This document shows, one piece after another, positions 24,553-36,347 of a DNA stretch of 64,000 nucleotides. A program made the position numbers and the translations under genes. Source of the DNA: Blepharisma stoltei ATCC 30299 (taxonomy: Eukaryota; Protista; Ciliophora); assembly GCA_965603825.1 (NCBI GenBank), contig CBFDEM010000048.1, forward strand, positions 62,001-126,000. Direction: 5' to 3'. Every line of letters begins with the position of its first letter. Position 1 is the stretch's first letter. Under the pieces are notes generated by a model. The model was not told the DNA's origin and made no database searches. It saw only the letters and a list, made by a program, of their open reading frames with translations.

Positions 24553-25490
24553 TTAAAATTCTGAATTCCCGGTCACCTAGAAATTGAAATTGTATTGCGA
24601 ATATTTTTCTCCTTTGACCATCATAATCCTAATCCAGATCCTACTTGTGGGAGATCTAAATTCCCTTAAGTCTCTACACTACCAATATCTTTCTTTATCT
24701 AAATTTTGAACTCTAAATTCTTTTCAACTTATAGATCCTGTTTCTCTACCGCTTCCCATATAATTTCTCCTATTTTTGCTACCAAAATATTCATTGTTTG
24801 TGCAGATTTTTCATCATCATTAATCCACATATTAAAAGCTTTGAGGACTTTAGGATAATTGCAAGCTATGCCTAGCCTCTTATATTTCTTCAGATATATA
24901 TCTTTCATGCTATGAGTTTAGGTCATTTTGAGTAATTTTAAACTGTTTTTTGCTTTTCTGTATTATATCGATAGCATCTCTACACGAAATCCCTTCAATT
25001 GACCTTTCTATATCATTTCTCAATCTTGAAATAAGCCTTTTTAACATATATATCAAAAAATTCTAAATCCCCTCCACAATTTTCTCATAAAAAATTTCAA
25101 ATAGCTTTAAGAGCTAGCCCAACTCGTGCCATCTCAGGCTTAATCATTCAAAATTTTGCAAATGTCTTGCAGTTTGGGAATTTTCTGTCCTAATTGTTTG
25201 TCCAGATGTATATACATCAGGCAATGCGCAACAATAAGTTTCTACATTAAGTTGTCCTGAGCATACAAGAAAAGCTGGTTTTCCGAAATATTCTTCATAT
25301 TTATCTTTTCATTAGTCAGATGAAAACTTAAAAGCGATCACGCACCTTCACAGTTGCTAGCGGTAGTGATTGGGAAATTCTCTTTAATTAAAGAATGAAT
25401 CTGTAGCAAAAGCTAGGGCGTTTTTCATTTGGTAGAGAGCACAATTAAATTGGTTCTTGATCTTAAATGAGCTTTCTTGGAAATCAATGG
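24553..25490 (-). pseudogene. Degraded asparaginyl-tRNA synthetase pseudogene (catalytic domain)
   Basis: Ordered minus-strand remnants: [109 protein letters not shown]. They are broken by many frameshifts and TAA/TAG stops. Confidence 0.85.
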
Positions 25491-25621
25491 CTAAATAAAG
25501 ATTTAATTTTTTATAATAATCAGCTATTTATTGAAATCCTACAGTTTTAATATTCAAGTAAAATTCTTTTGATTTGATTTACCCTAAAACTTATGATTTA
25601 TTCAGTGATATCAATATTTTG

Positions 25622-25681
25622 TTTATAAGTGAGGCTCTATCAATATCAGCCTTTATAAGTGAGGCTCTATCAATACCAACC
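25622..25681. repeat. 30-bp direct tandem repeat, 2 copies
   Basis: tttataagtgaggctctatcaata(t/c)ca(g/a)cc occurs twice. Confidence 0.9.
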
Positions 25682-26083
25682 TGATTATAATTTTCATCAT
25701 TATATTTAAAAAATTAAAAATTTGTTTTATATAAACAAACGTCAGAATTGAACAGAAGTGCAAGGTTGAGTATTAAATAAGCTTCTATATAGATAATAAT
25801 CAAGAAAGCACTAAAAATAAATCAGTTTGGTCATAATTTTATAAGATCAGATACAGCAGTAGTAGGAAACCAGGGGAGTGCCATTTTATCAAGTTTGTCT
25901 CCCTTTAAGCAACCAAACCCACATTTTTATTAATTTTCATGTCCAATCAATCAAAATCGGCTGACGTGATCTTATCATCATAATAATTTTTCAAGGTGAA
26001 AAGTTTTTACTTATTGCTCCTAAACCTTTAAAATTTTAATTTTCATAAATCTTATTTTAAAAGTTGGCATTAAAACTATAATT

Positions 26084-27210
26084 ATGGATATTTTCGATAG
26101 AATAGGTGCAAAAGGTGAGAAAATCAATTTTGAAATTGAATTTCACTACATTGAAATTGAGGTTCCACATGAAACTCATGTAAAAATTGAATGGAAAAGC
26201 AGTAAATTTCACTTTAGGCAAAAAGACATGTTCGACAGTTCATCAAATTATACCTGACAGTTTACATGCCAAAGTGGATATTGAAGAAACCTTAACTAAT
26301 ACTCACATGATTTATACAAAAAAGCATTCAACCGTTGATAAAAAAATTGAATTAAAAGTTCTCAAAGAAAATAAAGGAAAAACCGAAGAAATTGGGAAAG
26401 TCGTTTTAAATCTAAGCAGATGCTTAGAAGCCCCTGAAATTGGAAAAATTTACAAAGTAAAAAAATGCAAAGACAAAAATGCTCAAATTTGTCTTTCTGT
26501 TAAAGCTCAAAACATAGGATCTTCAACTCTATCTTCAACGCTAGCAGGGTCAATTATTGAAAATGAGATTATGGAAAATCAGTCAACAGAAGCGTTAGTT
26601 TCTGAAGGAATTTTGAATAGAATTAAAGATATCGAATATCAGATAGAAGATTCAGAAGCAACACTCAACGAAATTTTGAAGGAAAATAAGAAGCTTAGAG
26701 AGCAAATTGATGAAAAAGAAAAGCTTACAGAAAAAATCAAAAAGGCAAAAGAGAAAAAAAATACAATAAAAGAAAAAAGAGAAAAAATGCAAAATGAAAT
26801 AGATGAGATGAATGAAAGCTTATCAAAATTGAAATCTGAAAAAGAAGATAAAAGAATTGAAATGAAAAAAGAATCAGGACTGAAAAAGTGATTGATATTT
26901 AGAAATTATTTAATAAATAAAATATCAGAACTCAAAGAAATTAAAAGAAAACTTAAAAGTGAAGATATAAATAATGAGACTTCAAGCATTTTGGAGAAAG
27001 AAATTCAGTCACTCGTAAATAAAATGTAAGTTTTAGTGCAGCAATTATTCTACAGCTGAAATAGAAAGATTTAAGAATTTATTGTAATTTTAATGTAGAG
27101 AGCCAGCTGAGCTTGCAAGAGAAAGAGATCCTGTAGAAGAAATGATTTTAGATAATATGAGATCATTAAGACAAATTACAAAAAGGTATAGTGCCCAAGG
27201 AAGCTGCTAA
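26084..27210 (+). CDS. NT-C2 (EEIG1/EHBP1-type) domain plus coiled-coil protein, ~359 aa, 3 introns
   Basis: VKIEWKS...KKIELKV...EIGKVVLNLS...KKCKDKNAQICLSV resembles NT-C2 and is followed by a coiled coil. The frame is restored by introns 26202-26217, 27026-27041 and 27084-27098, with one TGA=Trp. The 3' exons are less certain. Confidence 0.72.
26202..26217 (+). other. 16-nt intron GTAAATTTCACTTTAG
   Basis: Joins the frame from ATG 26084 to the frame of ORF 26187-26891. A at position 10. Confidence 0.82.
27026..27041 (+). other. 16-nt intron GTAAGTTTTAGTGCAG
   Basis: GTAAG donor and A at position 10. Removing it eliminates a TAA and opens the downstream coding-like frame. Confidence 0.65.
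27084..27098 (+). other. 15-nt intron GTAATTTTAATGTAG
   Basis: Removes two in-frame TAA codons, has A at position 10, and leaves the frame open to TAA 27208-27210. Confidence 0.7.
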
Positions 27211-27817
27211 AATGTAAAGTCTTTCAGTAAATTTTAATAATTTTCTCTTTTGATTGCTGTGTCTTCTTAACGAGAATAATTTTTTTTTGCAATCAGGTCA
27301 AAATGATAGGCAAAAATTAAAGCCACAATTAAATTTTATTGTTTATTATAAATTGCAAACTATTTATCAAGGAAATGAAGGCTTTAGCATTTAAAAAAAT
27401 TCTTAATAATTTTAGCTCGAATTTTTTTGCTCATAGCTAATGAATATTTTCCTGATATTGCCATTTTTAGCTTCTTTTTAGAAATAATAAACGCATAATG
27501 TATCTTTGGTTCAATAGAATTTGGTTTTGTATCAGATAAATATTTATAAATTGATTAAATTTTGTTGATTTGACTTCATAGCAGTGTGAAGATTTTAATC
27601 AAATTGATGAACTCAGAGCACTAAAGAAAATTTTAATTGAACAAAAAATTTGATAAATTAATAAGAGTAAATTATGGATTTTCTTTAGTATTTAAAATTC
27701 AATTTGTACGTTCCCTGAGGATTTTTTTTGTATACAAATTGCATACAAAGTAGCTTATCTGAGTTCTATCTCTTCTTAAAAAAATAGCTTTTCTGATAAT
27801 TGATTCATTACATAAAA

Positions 27818-30800
27818 ATGCTTAAAGATGATAGTGACTCAACTATAGCCAGCAAAGGTTGTTTGCTGGCAAAAAGCAATAAATGAATTTTCGAAAACCT
27901 TGGCTCCAAGCTTTTAGATACCTTTTGCTCGATTTCAAAGCAAAAATACAGCCCTAAGATTTCAAGAAAAAAACAAATAATCTTTGAGTTGATTATTAAT
28001 TTAATCTCATCATTACAGTTGATGTCTTTGGCTCTATATCCAAATATGCACATACAGTACTGAGATGATTATTTCGATTTTTGAATACTTTTATATTATT
28101 TTCGACTTGATTCAATTTGCATTTCTCTTGATGTTTCCCTTTATTGCACATATGGTCTTACTATATATGTCCTCTCTATTATGCTGTTTTTGGCAATTGC
28201 CTTTAATTTTAAACGTACCAATAAAAATATCCCAAAATTGATGAAATTCATCTGAAGGAAGATAATAAGCTTTGAAATAGAATTATTGCGAGTTCCAAGC
28301 CTAATGATTTTTCTATTTGTTATAAAATATTCAATACTTCATGATGAAAATATTAATGAATATAAAAATCAGCCAGACTCATCAATTTTAAATTATGGTG
28401 CTGTAGGAGTTATATTAAGTATGGTATGCATAGTGATAATAGTGCTTTTAAATATTTATCAAGAACTTCTGCACACAGATATTCGGCATTCATTTTGAAG
28501 TAAAAATATCATCGCCAAAAATGAATCTTCTTTGGATTTATATATACAGTCTTATACTGTTGTTATATGCATTTTATATGTGTTCGTTGGCTCAAACCAT
28601 TCAATTGCCTATCATATTGCAGCTCTTTTATTTCTTACTCATCTTTGCTATCGAATAAATTATGATTTACCATATTACAATGTAATTGGCCACCTTATTC
28701 ACTCATGCAAACTCTTTGAAATTTTAGTTATTTTTCTTATATTTTTAGTTGGAGAGCTAATTGATAATTCCACCATTATAATTGCATTTATGATTTTTTT
28801 GCAGCTTCCGCTCTTTTTGTTAATACACCACAAAGTATATAAATCATATCGAGAATTAAATAGCACAGATAGCTTGAAAGATATTTTGGGCTATAAAGTA
28901 TTCAAAGACCAATATGATGCTGAAAAAAACATCAGAAAATTCCTTTGTAATAAAAACTTGGAGAGTAAAAATGAAATAATTGATTTGTTTTCGAAAATAG
29001 ATAAAGTTCAATTCAAAACAAATGAAAATTTTTCCTTTTGAGAGGTGAACTATTGCTTATATGTCTTAAGAGATGCTAGGGTTGCCAGAATAAAGTTATG
29101 CAATAGGAGAAAATCAAAATCATCTTTTGAAGGCTGTATACAGGCATGGAGAATAAATAAAGCGATAAGAAAATTTGAGCATAAACATCTTTCTGATATA
29201 AATTATTTAGAATATCTAGTCCAATTTGAAAGAGTAAAAAAACTTGATGAAAATTTATGCTACATACTTTTAGATCTATGATCTGCAATATCTCATAGCT
29301 CGCCCTCATATAAAATTCTATTCAAGCTTTGTTTGGAATCCTCCTATGCTATTGAAGAGCTGTCATCACTTTATGAGTCCATGATAGAAAAGCATAAGCA
29401 TATCAAACTTTACGATTTATATATATCATTCCTTGATGGCGTTCTTGGAGATTCAGAGCATGCACTCTTTGTTAGTCAAAGGAAAAATGCCCTTAAAGAT
29501 GCTTCTAGCGAAACAAGTGTACTTAAACAAATAGAGTCTTATGACGACAATAATGGAATTATTTTAATTTCCGCTGAAGAAAAAAGCTTTGGACATATTG
29601 CATGCATAAATGAGAAAGCTGCTGGAATTTTGGAGATTTCTACAAAAGATGCACGCGATGCCTATTTTTTTGACTGAATCCCTAATGTTTTAAGCAAGAA
29701 ACACGAAATCTATTTAAGACAATATTTTGGGAGCTGCTATTCAGCTGAAGTTCTTAGCTCAGCTTATTTCTTGCTAAGAGACAAGGAAGGATTTATTATA
29801 GAAGTTAAAGCTTATGAAAGATTTACAGCCTTTGATGATTTTTTATATTTTTCTTTATCATTTCAGCCTCTAAGTAAGGATCGCCAAGCATTAATTATTT
29901 CAAAAAATGGACAAATTCTTTGCCATACTGAATTTTTTGTTGACACTCTCAGTTATGAAGAGCGGAATACTACAAACAAATTTATTGTTGAAGTCATACC
30001 TGAGCTGGCACACTTTGATTTTTCTAAAAACAGCGAACTGCATATAATAAGGGATCGAAAAAAAATTCAATTGAAATATAGAATTAAGAAAGTAGCTTCA
30101 AAAAAAATTCGATGCATTTATATTATCGACACTGAAAAAAAAAAAATTCTTGATTTTATGGCAGCCCAAAAGAAAAATTTAAATTTCTCAAGGGTAGCTT
30201 TGTTTGATGACATTAAATTTGAAAATCATTTAAATGTACCAGAAATTGAATGCAATACTTTTCCTATGACAAATAAATCACTTATAGAAGATTCATCAAA
30301 GGATATTGCGCTAAATATGAAATGGGATCCAAAATTAAGACGAAGGAGCTATTTGCTAACGAAATTTTTTTTTAAAAATGCAACTGAGCAGATTCAGCGT
30401 TTGGCAAAAAATATAACGAAACTTCAATGGGCTTTATTTGTAGCTGTGATATATATGTAGGTTATTTGTGTATTGGGAACGAATATAGGTGTTTTAATAT
30501 ACACTTATCAGGCTGCAAAATATACTGAATCTCTTCACACTTTCGCTCATTTAGGTGATCAGCTTACTCATTTAAGTATTATTTCAGAATGAGTTAGAAC
30601 AGTCCTTAGTGACATAGAAAGCAGTTCTAATAGTCTCAATGACGATTTAGCAAAGCTTAAAATGTACATTGATGAGTTTGCTATTTCTCAAGGGAATATT
30701 TTGAGTGATTATAAAGACTGAAGCTATTGTTCAAGCTCAGAAATAGTTAAAGAACCAATAATCCCTGTTTTTAGATTTGACAGCAATAATTATGATTTGA

Positions 30801-31996
30801 CAAAAATGAACCTGATTGACACTTTGCAATTTGTTACTAATGCAGTAATCATTATATAGGGCTATCAATTTATATCTAATGTCCAAAATGATGAAAATTC
30901 TGAGAAAGAGGTAAAAGTTATATTTTTTAACTCGCTAGGATTTACTTATGAATATGCCAATCGAGCTTTGGATAGGCTAGTTAGTTGTGAAAAATCAAGA
31001 GTAAAGTCGATGGGAGATAATATTACGTCGTTTTTAATCACGGAGTTTGGAGTTATGATGCTTTTTCTTATTCTCTTGTCCGGATTTATTTATTTTGTCA
31101 ATAGAAGCTATGATAATTTTTTGAATTTATTCAGGAATACTGCTTTACCAAAGTGCATTGATTTGAAGCATAAATATGTAGAAAGGCTTTCGAATATCCA
31201 TGGCGTTGATTTAGATACTGACAATTTATTCAGAAATAATAAAAAAAATCAGCAAAAAAATGAGAATATCCACTCACGACTGTTTTTTAGGTATTTTTTC
31301 AGGCTCTGTGTGCTGCTGATGATAGGTCTTATATATATCCTGGTCACAAAATATTATTTGTATGATGACTGCGAGATCATGATGATTTACCGTCCAGAAA
31401 TCTTGAAAAATTTCATATTTAGAAGGTCTCTGCTATCAAGAATCGGACTGTGGGCTAGAGAAATACATGAGCCTCTTCTTCTTAACTATTTTAACCAATA
31501 TGACATCAGTAGGGTGCCTACTAATGAATTTAACAAAGAAAACGACGAATTTTTCTCAATCCTGAAAAAGCTTGTAACTGACAAAAGATTCATGAAAATG
31601 ATATCAAAAACTTCTCAAGTCGGCATTTTTGAGCATAGAGATAGCCCTTATCCTTTTATAGCCTATGGAACATATACAGCTTCAGAGGTATTTTATCTCG
31701 ATGCAATAAATGCAGCATCTCCAGAAAACAGTAATTACAAAAACGACTTAAATGATTTCTCTAAAAACTTATATATCTTAACAAGTGGCTATCTAAAGAC
31801 ATTTAGCTCAATTGATAATGATTCTGTTCATGCAATCGAGTACGAATTGAATTTTATTATGTACTCCATGATCTCTTTTTCAATCCTAAACTTGTTGATA
31901 TACTTCATATATTATTGGCCATTTTTGCAATTTGAGAAAAAGAAATTCGGTAAGCTTGAAATAATTGCTTCAATTATTCCGAATTACAAAGTGTAA
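27818..31996 (+). CDS. Large multi-TM protein with PAS-like domain (TmcB/PAS family expanded in ciliates), ~1382 aa
   Basis: Six track ORFs lie in one frame, joined by about ten TGA=Trp codons and two 15-nt introns. It has an N-terminal TM cluster, a PAS-like GIILIS...GHIACINEKAAGIL...WIPNVLSKKH segment and C-terminal TMs. Confidence 0.8.
30446..30460 (+). other. 15-nt intron GTGATATATATGTAG
   Basis: Its terminal TAG is the in-frame stop of ORF 29771-30460. Removal continues a TM helix (LFVA|VICVLG). A at position 10. Confidence 0.78.
30845..30859 (+). other. 15-nt intron GTAATCATTATATAG
   Basis: Removes an in-frame TAG. A at position 10. Confidence 0.85.
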
Positions 31997-32707
31997 GACC
32001 TTATTTAGGGAATACAAATTTTCCTTATAATTCAGATTATCTTAAGTATAAATAGGTTTGATAATTTTAGCCGTTATAATAATATTTAAACTCATATAGC
32101 CTGCTGGGTTTTGAGAAACTTTTAAAATTTATAAAGAAGTGCAAGAAATCATCTGTTAATTCTTACTATATATTCTCTAGGCCAAAACTGCAAAAATCTA
32201 AAACAAGTATCAATAGATTTTTGCCATCTCCAATTCAAGTTCAAACAAGCAGCGTTTAGCATTGGAGAATCTTCATCAATAAAGGGCCAAAAACTCAAAA
32301 TGACATAATCCCTCCTTATCCCTCAAATAAATAAAAAATGAGCCTTCCAAGCTATGATTGATGAGAGAAATTATGCAACAATTTATGATAATTTTTAAAA
32401 AAATAAGCATGGAGCTGGCTTCTCAGAAACGAATACCAGCTCATGAAAGAACTAAAAGCGAAGCAATTAGATCTAGAGCTCCTGCATAGCCTTTAAGAGA
32501 AAAGTCTCCAATGAAGTAAAATTTATTTAGAAATATCCAAATGAAATCAAGTGTTATCTTTGTCAACTTATAAAATAACAACTAAAGTTTCACAAGTTTC
32601 GATGAATCCTTCTCAGCAGGATTTTGTGTATGTTTCTAAACAATTAATTGGTTTTGATATAGAAATTATATACAAATAACTTATAGAACTTTTATTTGCT
32701 TTGCAAA

Positions 32708-33439
32708 CTAATCATAATTAGTTACTGGAAGCTCAAGCCCCTCATAGCCAGGGCTTCTTAATCGAGTCATATTGTTTATGAGTCTTCTCTGCTGTATTCT
32801 GAATCTTTGAGCCCAAGGTTCCTGCATAATTCTGTCGAACCAGGCCCACAAATTAGAAAAATCTTCTCCTTCCACAAGATGGCTCCAGAATTGATCTTTC
32901 CAAGCAACAATTCTTTCAACAAATGGAAGTAATATAAGATCAGCCAAAGTAAATTCATTTCTTCCCAGATCTTTGGCCATCAGAAATCCTCCTCCTTCAA
33001 CCAATTCATTAATAGTTCTCAATATTTTCTTAGCTGCTTCAATTTGCTCAGGAGTTCCAGTTGCTCTGAAATGAGGGAAAAGAGTGGCAGGCAGTGCATC
33101 AGAAACAAGTTTTACCTTAATATCAATTAAGGCTTTTTCTAATGGGTTGATTGAGCCGTCAGGTCTTCTTGGGTAAAGAGCTGGGCCTGGAAACGAATCA
33201 AAATATTCAGCAACACAGGCTGAGTCAGAAAGGTGATATTCTTTTCCGTCCTGAACAACTCTGAGAGATGGGACTTTTCCTAATGGATTGACTTCTAGGA
33301 GGAATGATAGCTTATTAACTAAATCCGCTTCTGTTATCTCACATTGTATCCCTTTATACGCTAGTGCGTATAAAGCTCTCTGAGCATAGGGACATAAATA
33401 GTGGATAATGAGCTGCATTCTTTCAGGATTAGATGTCAT
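32708..33439 (-). CDS. Glutathione S-transferase, omega/lambda-like (Cys-GST)
   Basis: CPYAQR active site, NPLGKVPSL, LSDS, TLADL..LPFVER. Confidence 0.9.
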   Translation of the reverse strand: MTSNPERMQLIIHYLCPYAQRALYALAYKGIQCEITEADLVNKLSFLLEVNPLGKVPSLRVVQDGKEYHLSDSACVAEYFDSFPGPALYPRRPDGSINPLEKALIDIKVKLVSDALPATLFPHFRATGTPEQIEAAKKILRTINELVEGGGFLMAKDLGRNEFTLADLILLPFVERIVAWKDQFWSHLVEGEDFSNLWAWFDRIMQEPWAQRFRIQQRRLINNMTRLRSPGYEGLELPVTNYD

Positions 33440-33543
33440 CGTTATTATTATAAAATTGTAATGAAAGTCGTCTACATTTATCTAAATAAATTTTGTCGAC
33501 AATTTTAATATTAAAAAATAACTTTATATTGATTGGCTAAGAG

Positions 33544-34151
33544 CTAATTATAGTTATCTAAATGAAGGCTAAGACCCTATAATTTGGGCTTCTTCTGTAG
33601 ATGACCAATTTTGCGATCCTTCTCAGGTTTGCTCTCATAACTGTTCTATGAGGTTTCAAGCCAAAATCATAAGTTTGATAAATCTCTATCATCAAGATCT
33701 CTTCAAGCTCCGTCTTTTAGTGTATAAAGTCTCTCGGCCATAGGCAATAAAACAATATCTGACAAAGTCAGTTCATTTTTCCCAAAAATCTTCGTCATTA
33801 AGAATCCCTATTTTCAAGAATTTTATAAGATTTGTTCTGGAGTTCCAAATCCTCAAAATTGTTTTTCTATTAGATTTACTGTTCCATTTGGAAATCTTGA
33901 TAGAGGCGGGCAATGAAATAAATCGAAATATTCGAAAAATTTATTGACTTACATATACAATACTCTTTTCCAGATTAGATAGCTCTGCAGTCCTAAAGGA
34001 TTAACCTCAAGGAACCATGATGGCTTTTTGTAAGATTTACTTATATTACTTCGCATTGGATGCATTTTATAAGCTAGTATATAATAAGCTCGCTTAATAT
34101 ATGAAAAAAATAACGAACAAACAGTTGCAATTTCTCAGGAGCAATTGCCAT
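33544..34151 (-). pseudogene. Decayed tandem paralogue of the GST gene
   Basis: Remnants MAIAPEKLQL, CIQCEV, KPSWFLEVNPLG, KNELTLSD, RSPNY...LDNYN* are collinear with the neighbouring GST but contain frameshifts and stops. Confidence 0.82.
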
Positions 34152-34436
34152 TCTAGCTAAAATTTTTTATTAGGATTTATTTCTCCAGATCTGCAAATTG
34201 GAAATTAAATAGTAAAGAAAGAGATTTTTGAGGGGAATATGAAATGATAGGGACTGCAAGGAGTAAGCTCCTAAGAGATCTTGAAATTCAAAGGTAACTC
34301 TGAGTTGCTACTGTCAGATTTTTCCTTCAAGAATATGCAAGTGATACTATCACAAAATTCAAAAGAAATCGGCTTGCATATATTAAAAAATGCAGATAAT
34401 GGGAAATTAATAAGAGCTAATAATAAATAGATTAAA

Positions 34437-35963
34437 TTAAAGCATTTCTGGAGAAAACTCAGGCTCTACTTGCATCGGCAGATCTTCACTGCATTCAAAA
34501 AGCGCAATATAAAGCAAATCATTGGTAAATCTGTCATTTGATTTCAAAAATAACGCTTTATTAAAACAATCCACAGCCTCTTGGATTTGGTTGCTGAAAT
34601 AATAAGCTAGTCCTAATGCTGTATATGTCGAAGCATTTTTTGAGTTCGACTGAATACATTTTTGGTATAATTCAATTGCCTTCGGGTAATTTCTCAATTT
34701 TTGAAAAGTATGAGCATAGTTAAACATCACAGTTTCAGCTGTAGATGTTATGACTCCTTCACATAGTTTCAAAGCTTCTTGCAGCACTTCATTAGCTCTT
34801 ATATATTCTCCTTTTTTATAAAAAACAACTCCAATTTCGTTCCATACAATAGGATCAGCAGAGTTCACCTGCTTAGCTAGCTCAAAAGACATTAAAGCAA
34901 TTCTTAGGTTTTTGGTTCTGAGATATTCCATACCCATAAATAAGTTAGCTAAATAACACCCTGGGAAGAGCCGAGAAACGGTTCTGTAAGCTCGCATTGC
35001 TTGGTCTGACTGGTCTTGCGCTGCATATGTATGGCCGTATGATATTCATGCAGGCAGGTAGTCTCTATCAATTTTATATGATTTTACAAAGAATTTTCTT
35101 GCGTACTCATACTTTTTAATTGCATAATAATAAACTCCAGCTGCGTACCAAGCTGCTGGAGAGTCTGAGTATTCTTTGACCAAATTATGTGACAAGTTAT
35201 ATAATTCTCCAATTTCCCCTAAAGCTGCCATACATCCACAATGCAATGGAACAGCTCCTAGATGATAAGGATCTTCCCTGATGATTTTTGATGAAAGTTC
35301 AAAGGCTTGATTTACTTTATGCGTAGAAAATAGCTGGTTTGCTAAAGCCAGCATTACATCAATGTTACTTTGCAATTGCAGATTTTGCAGCTCCGAGCCA
35401 GGGTTGGAAAAAATCTTTAATTTGGCTTGATAAAATTCCTTAAGCCATTTTTCGTTTTCTAGGTCTAGTTCATCAATAAGCTTGATTTCTTCTTCAGCTG
35501 TAAGAAGCTGTTTGTCTATTAAAGAAGAAAATGCTTCTATACATGTAGGGTCTGATTTTAATGCCAAAATATATTGTTCTGCTGCTAGCTGCTTGCTTTC
35601 TCTGGCTTCATGCGCTTTTCCCATATAAAGATGTTTTAAAAATTGCCAATTAATGTCCTTGTCTGGCTGCTGGACGTTTTCAGATAAAATTCTGATACAA
35701 GTTTGGTAGTCTTTTGAAGCGATTAAGGCTTGAGCTGCTAAGACTTGAGTTTTAATGCTATAATGAAGAAGATTATGCTTTTCAAGAATGTGGGTGACTC
35801 GCGGGTATTCTTTGTTCTGCAAATAGCAAGATGCGAGGAGATAGACAAAGTTGAGATCGCTTTTCCCACTTATTGTGACGAGTTTATCTGCGTAAAATGC
35901 AGCAGACTCGTAGGCTTTCATTTCAAAATGAGAGTTAGCAAGCTTCCATAGCTGATCTTCCAT
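34437..35963 (-). CDS. CDC16: Anaphase-promoting complex subunit 6 (TPR protein)
   Basis: SAAFYADKLV, SPAAWYAAGVYY, YLPA-W(TGA)-ISYGHTYAAQDQSDQAMRAY, LFMGMEY and VWNEIGVV. The two track ORFs are in frame. Confidence 0.9.
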
Positions 35964-36347
35964 TTTCAATAGAGCGGTATAAGATGCTTTGAATTTTTTT
36001 GCAAAAAGAGATAATAATTAGATTGATTTAAACTTAAATCTATCATAATTATTTAGTTAAGCTAAAATGCTTATTAATTGCGAAAATCTCTCAGAAGAAT
36101 AATCTAACTATCAAATTTTAATTGTTTGATGAATAAATAGATAAGCTTGCAAACCCTAAAAGAGTTCTTTTTATACAGCAAATCCATTATTTTAAAACAA
36201 TTGTGTTATTTCTCACTCATCGTAAATCTATTCTTCACAATTAAAATATTTCAATCTCAACTCCTGCCACATCGTAATCTTCTTCTCCAAAAATCAACTT
36301 AACTTCTTCTTGCCTATAGTCCAATCCCACTCAAAACCTATAAAAAT

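Noticed and set aside
32160-32620. Possible decayed gene between the PAS protein and GST
   Set aside because: Only short broken frames with no identifiable homology.
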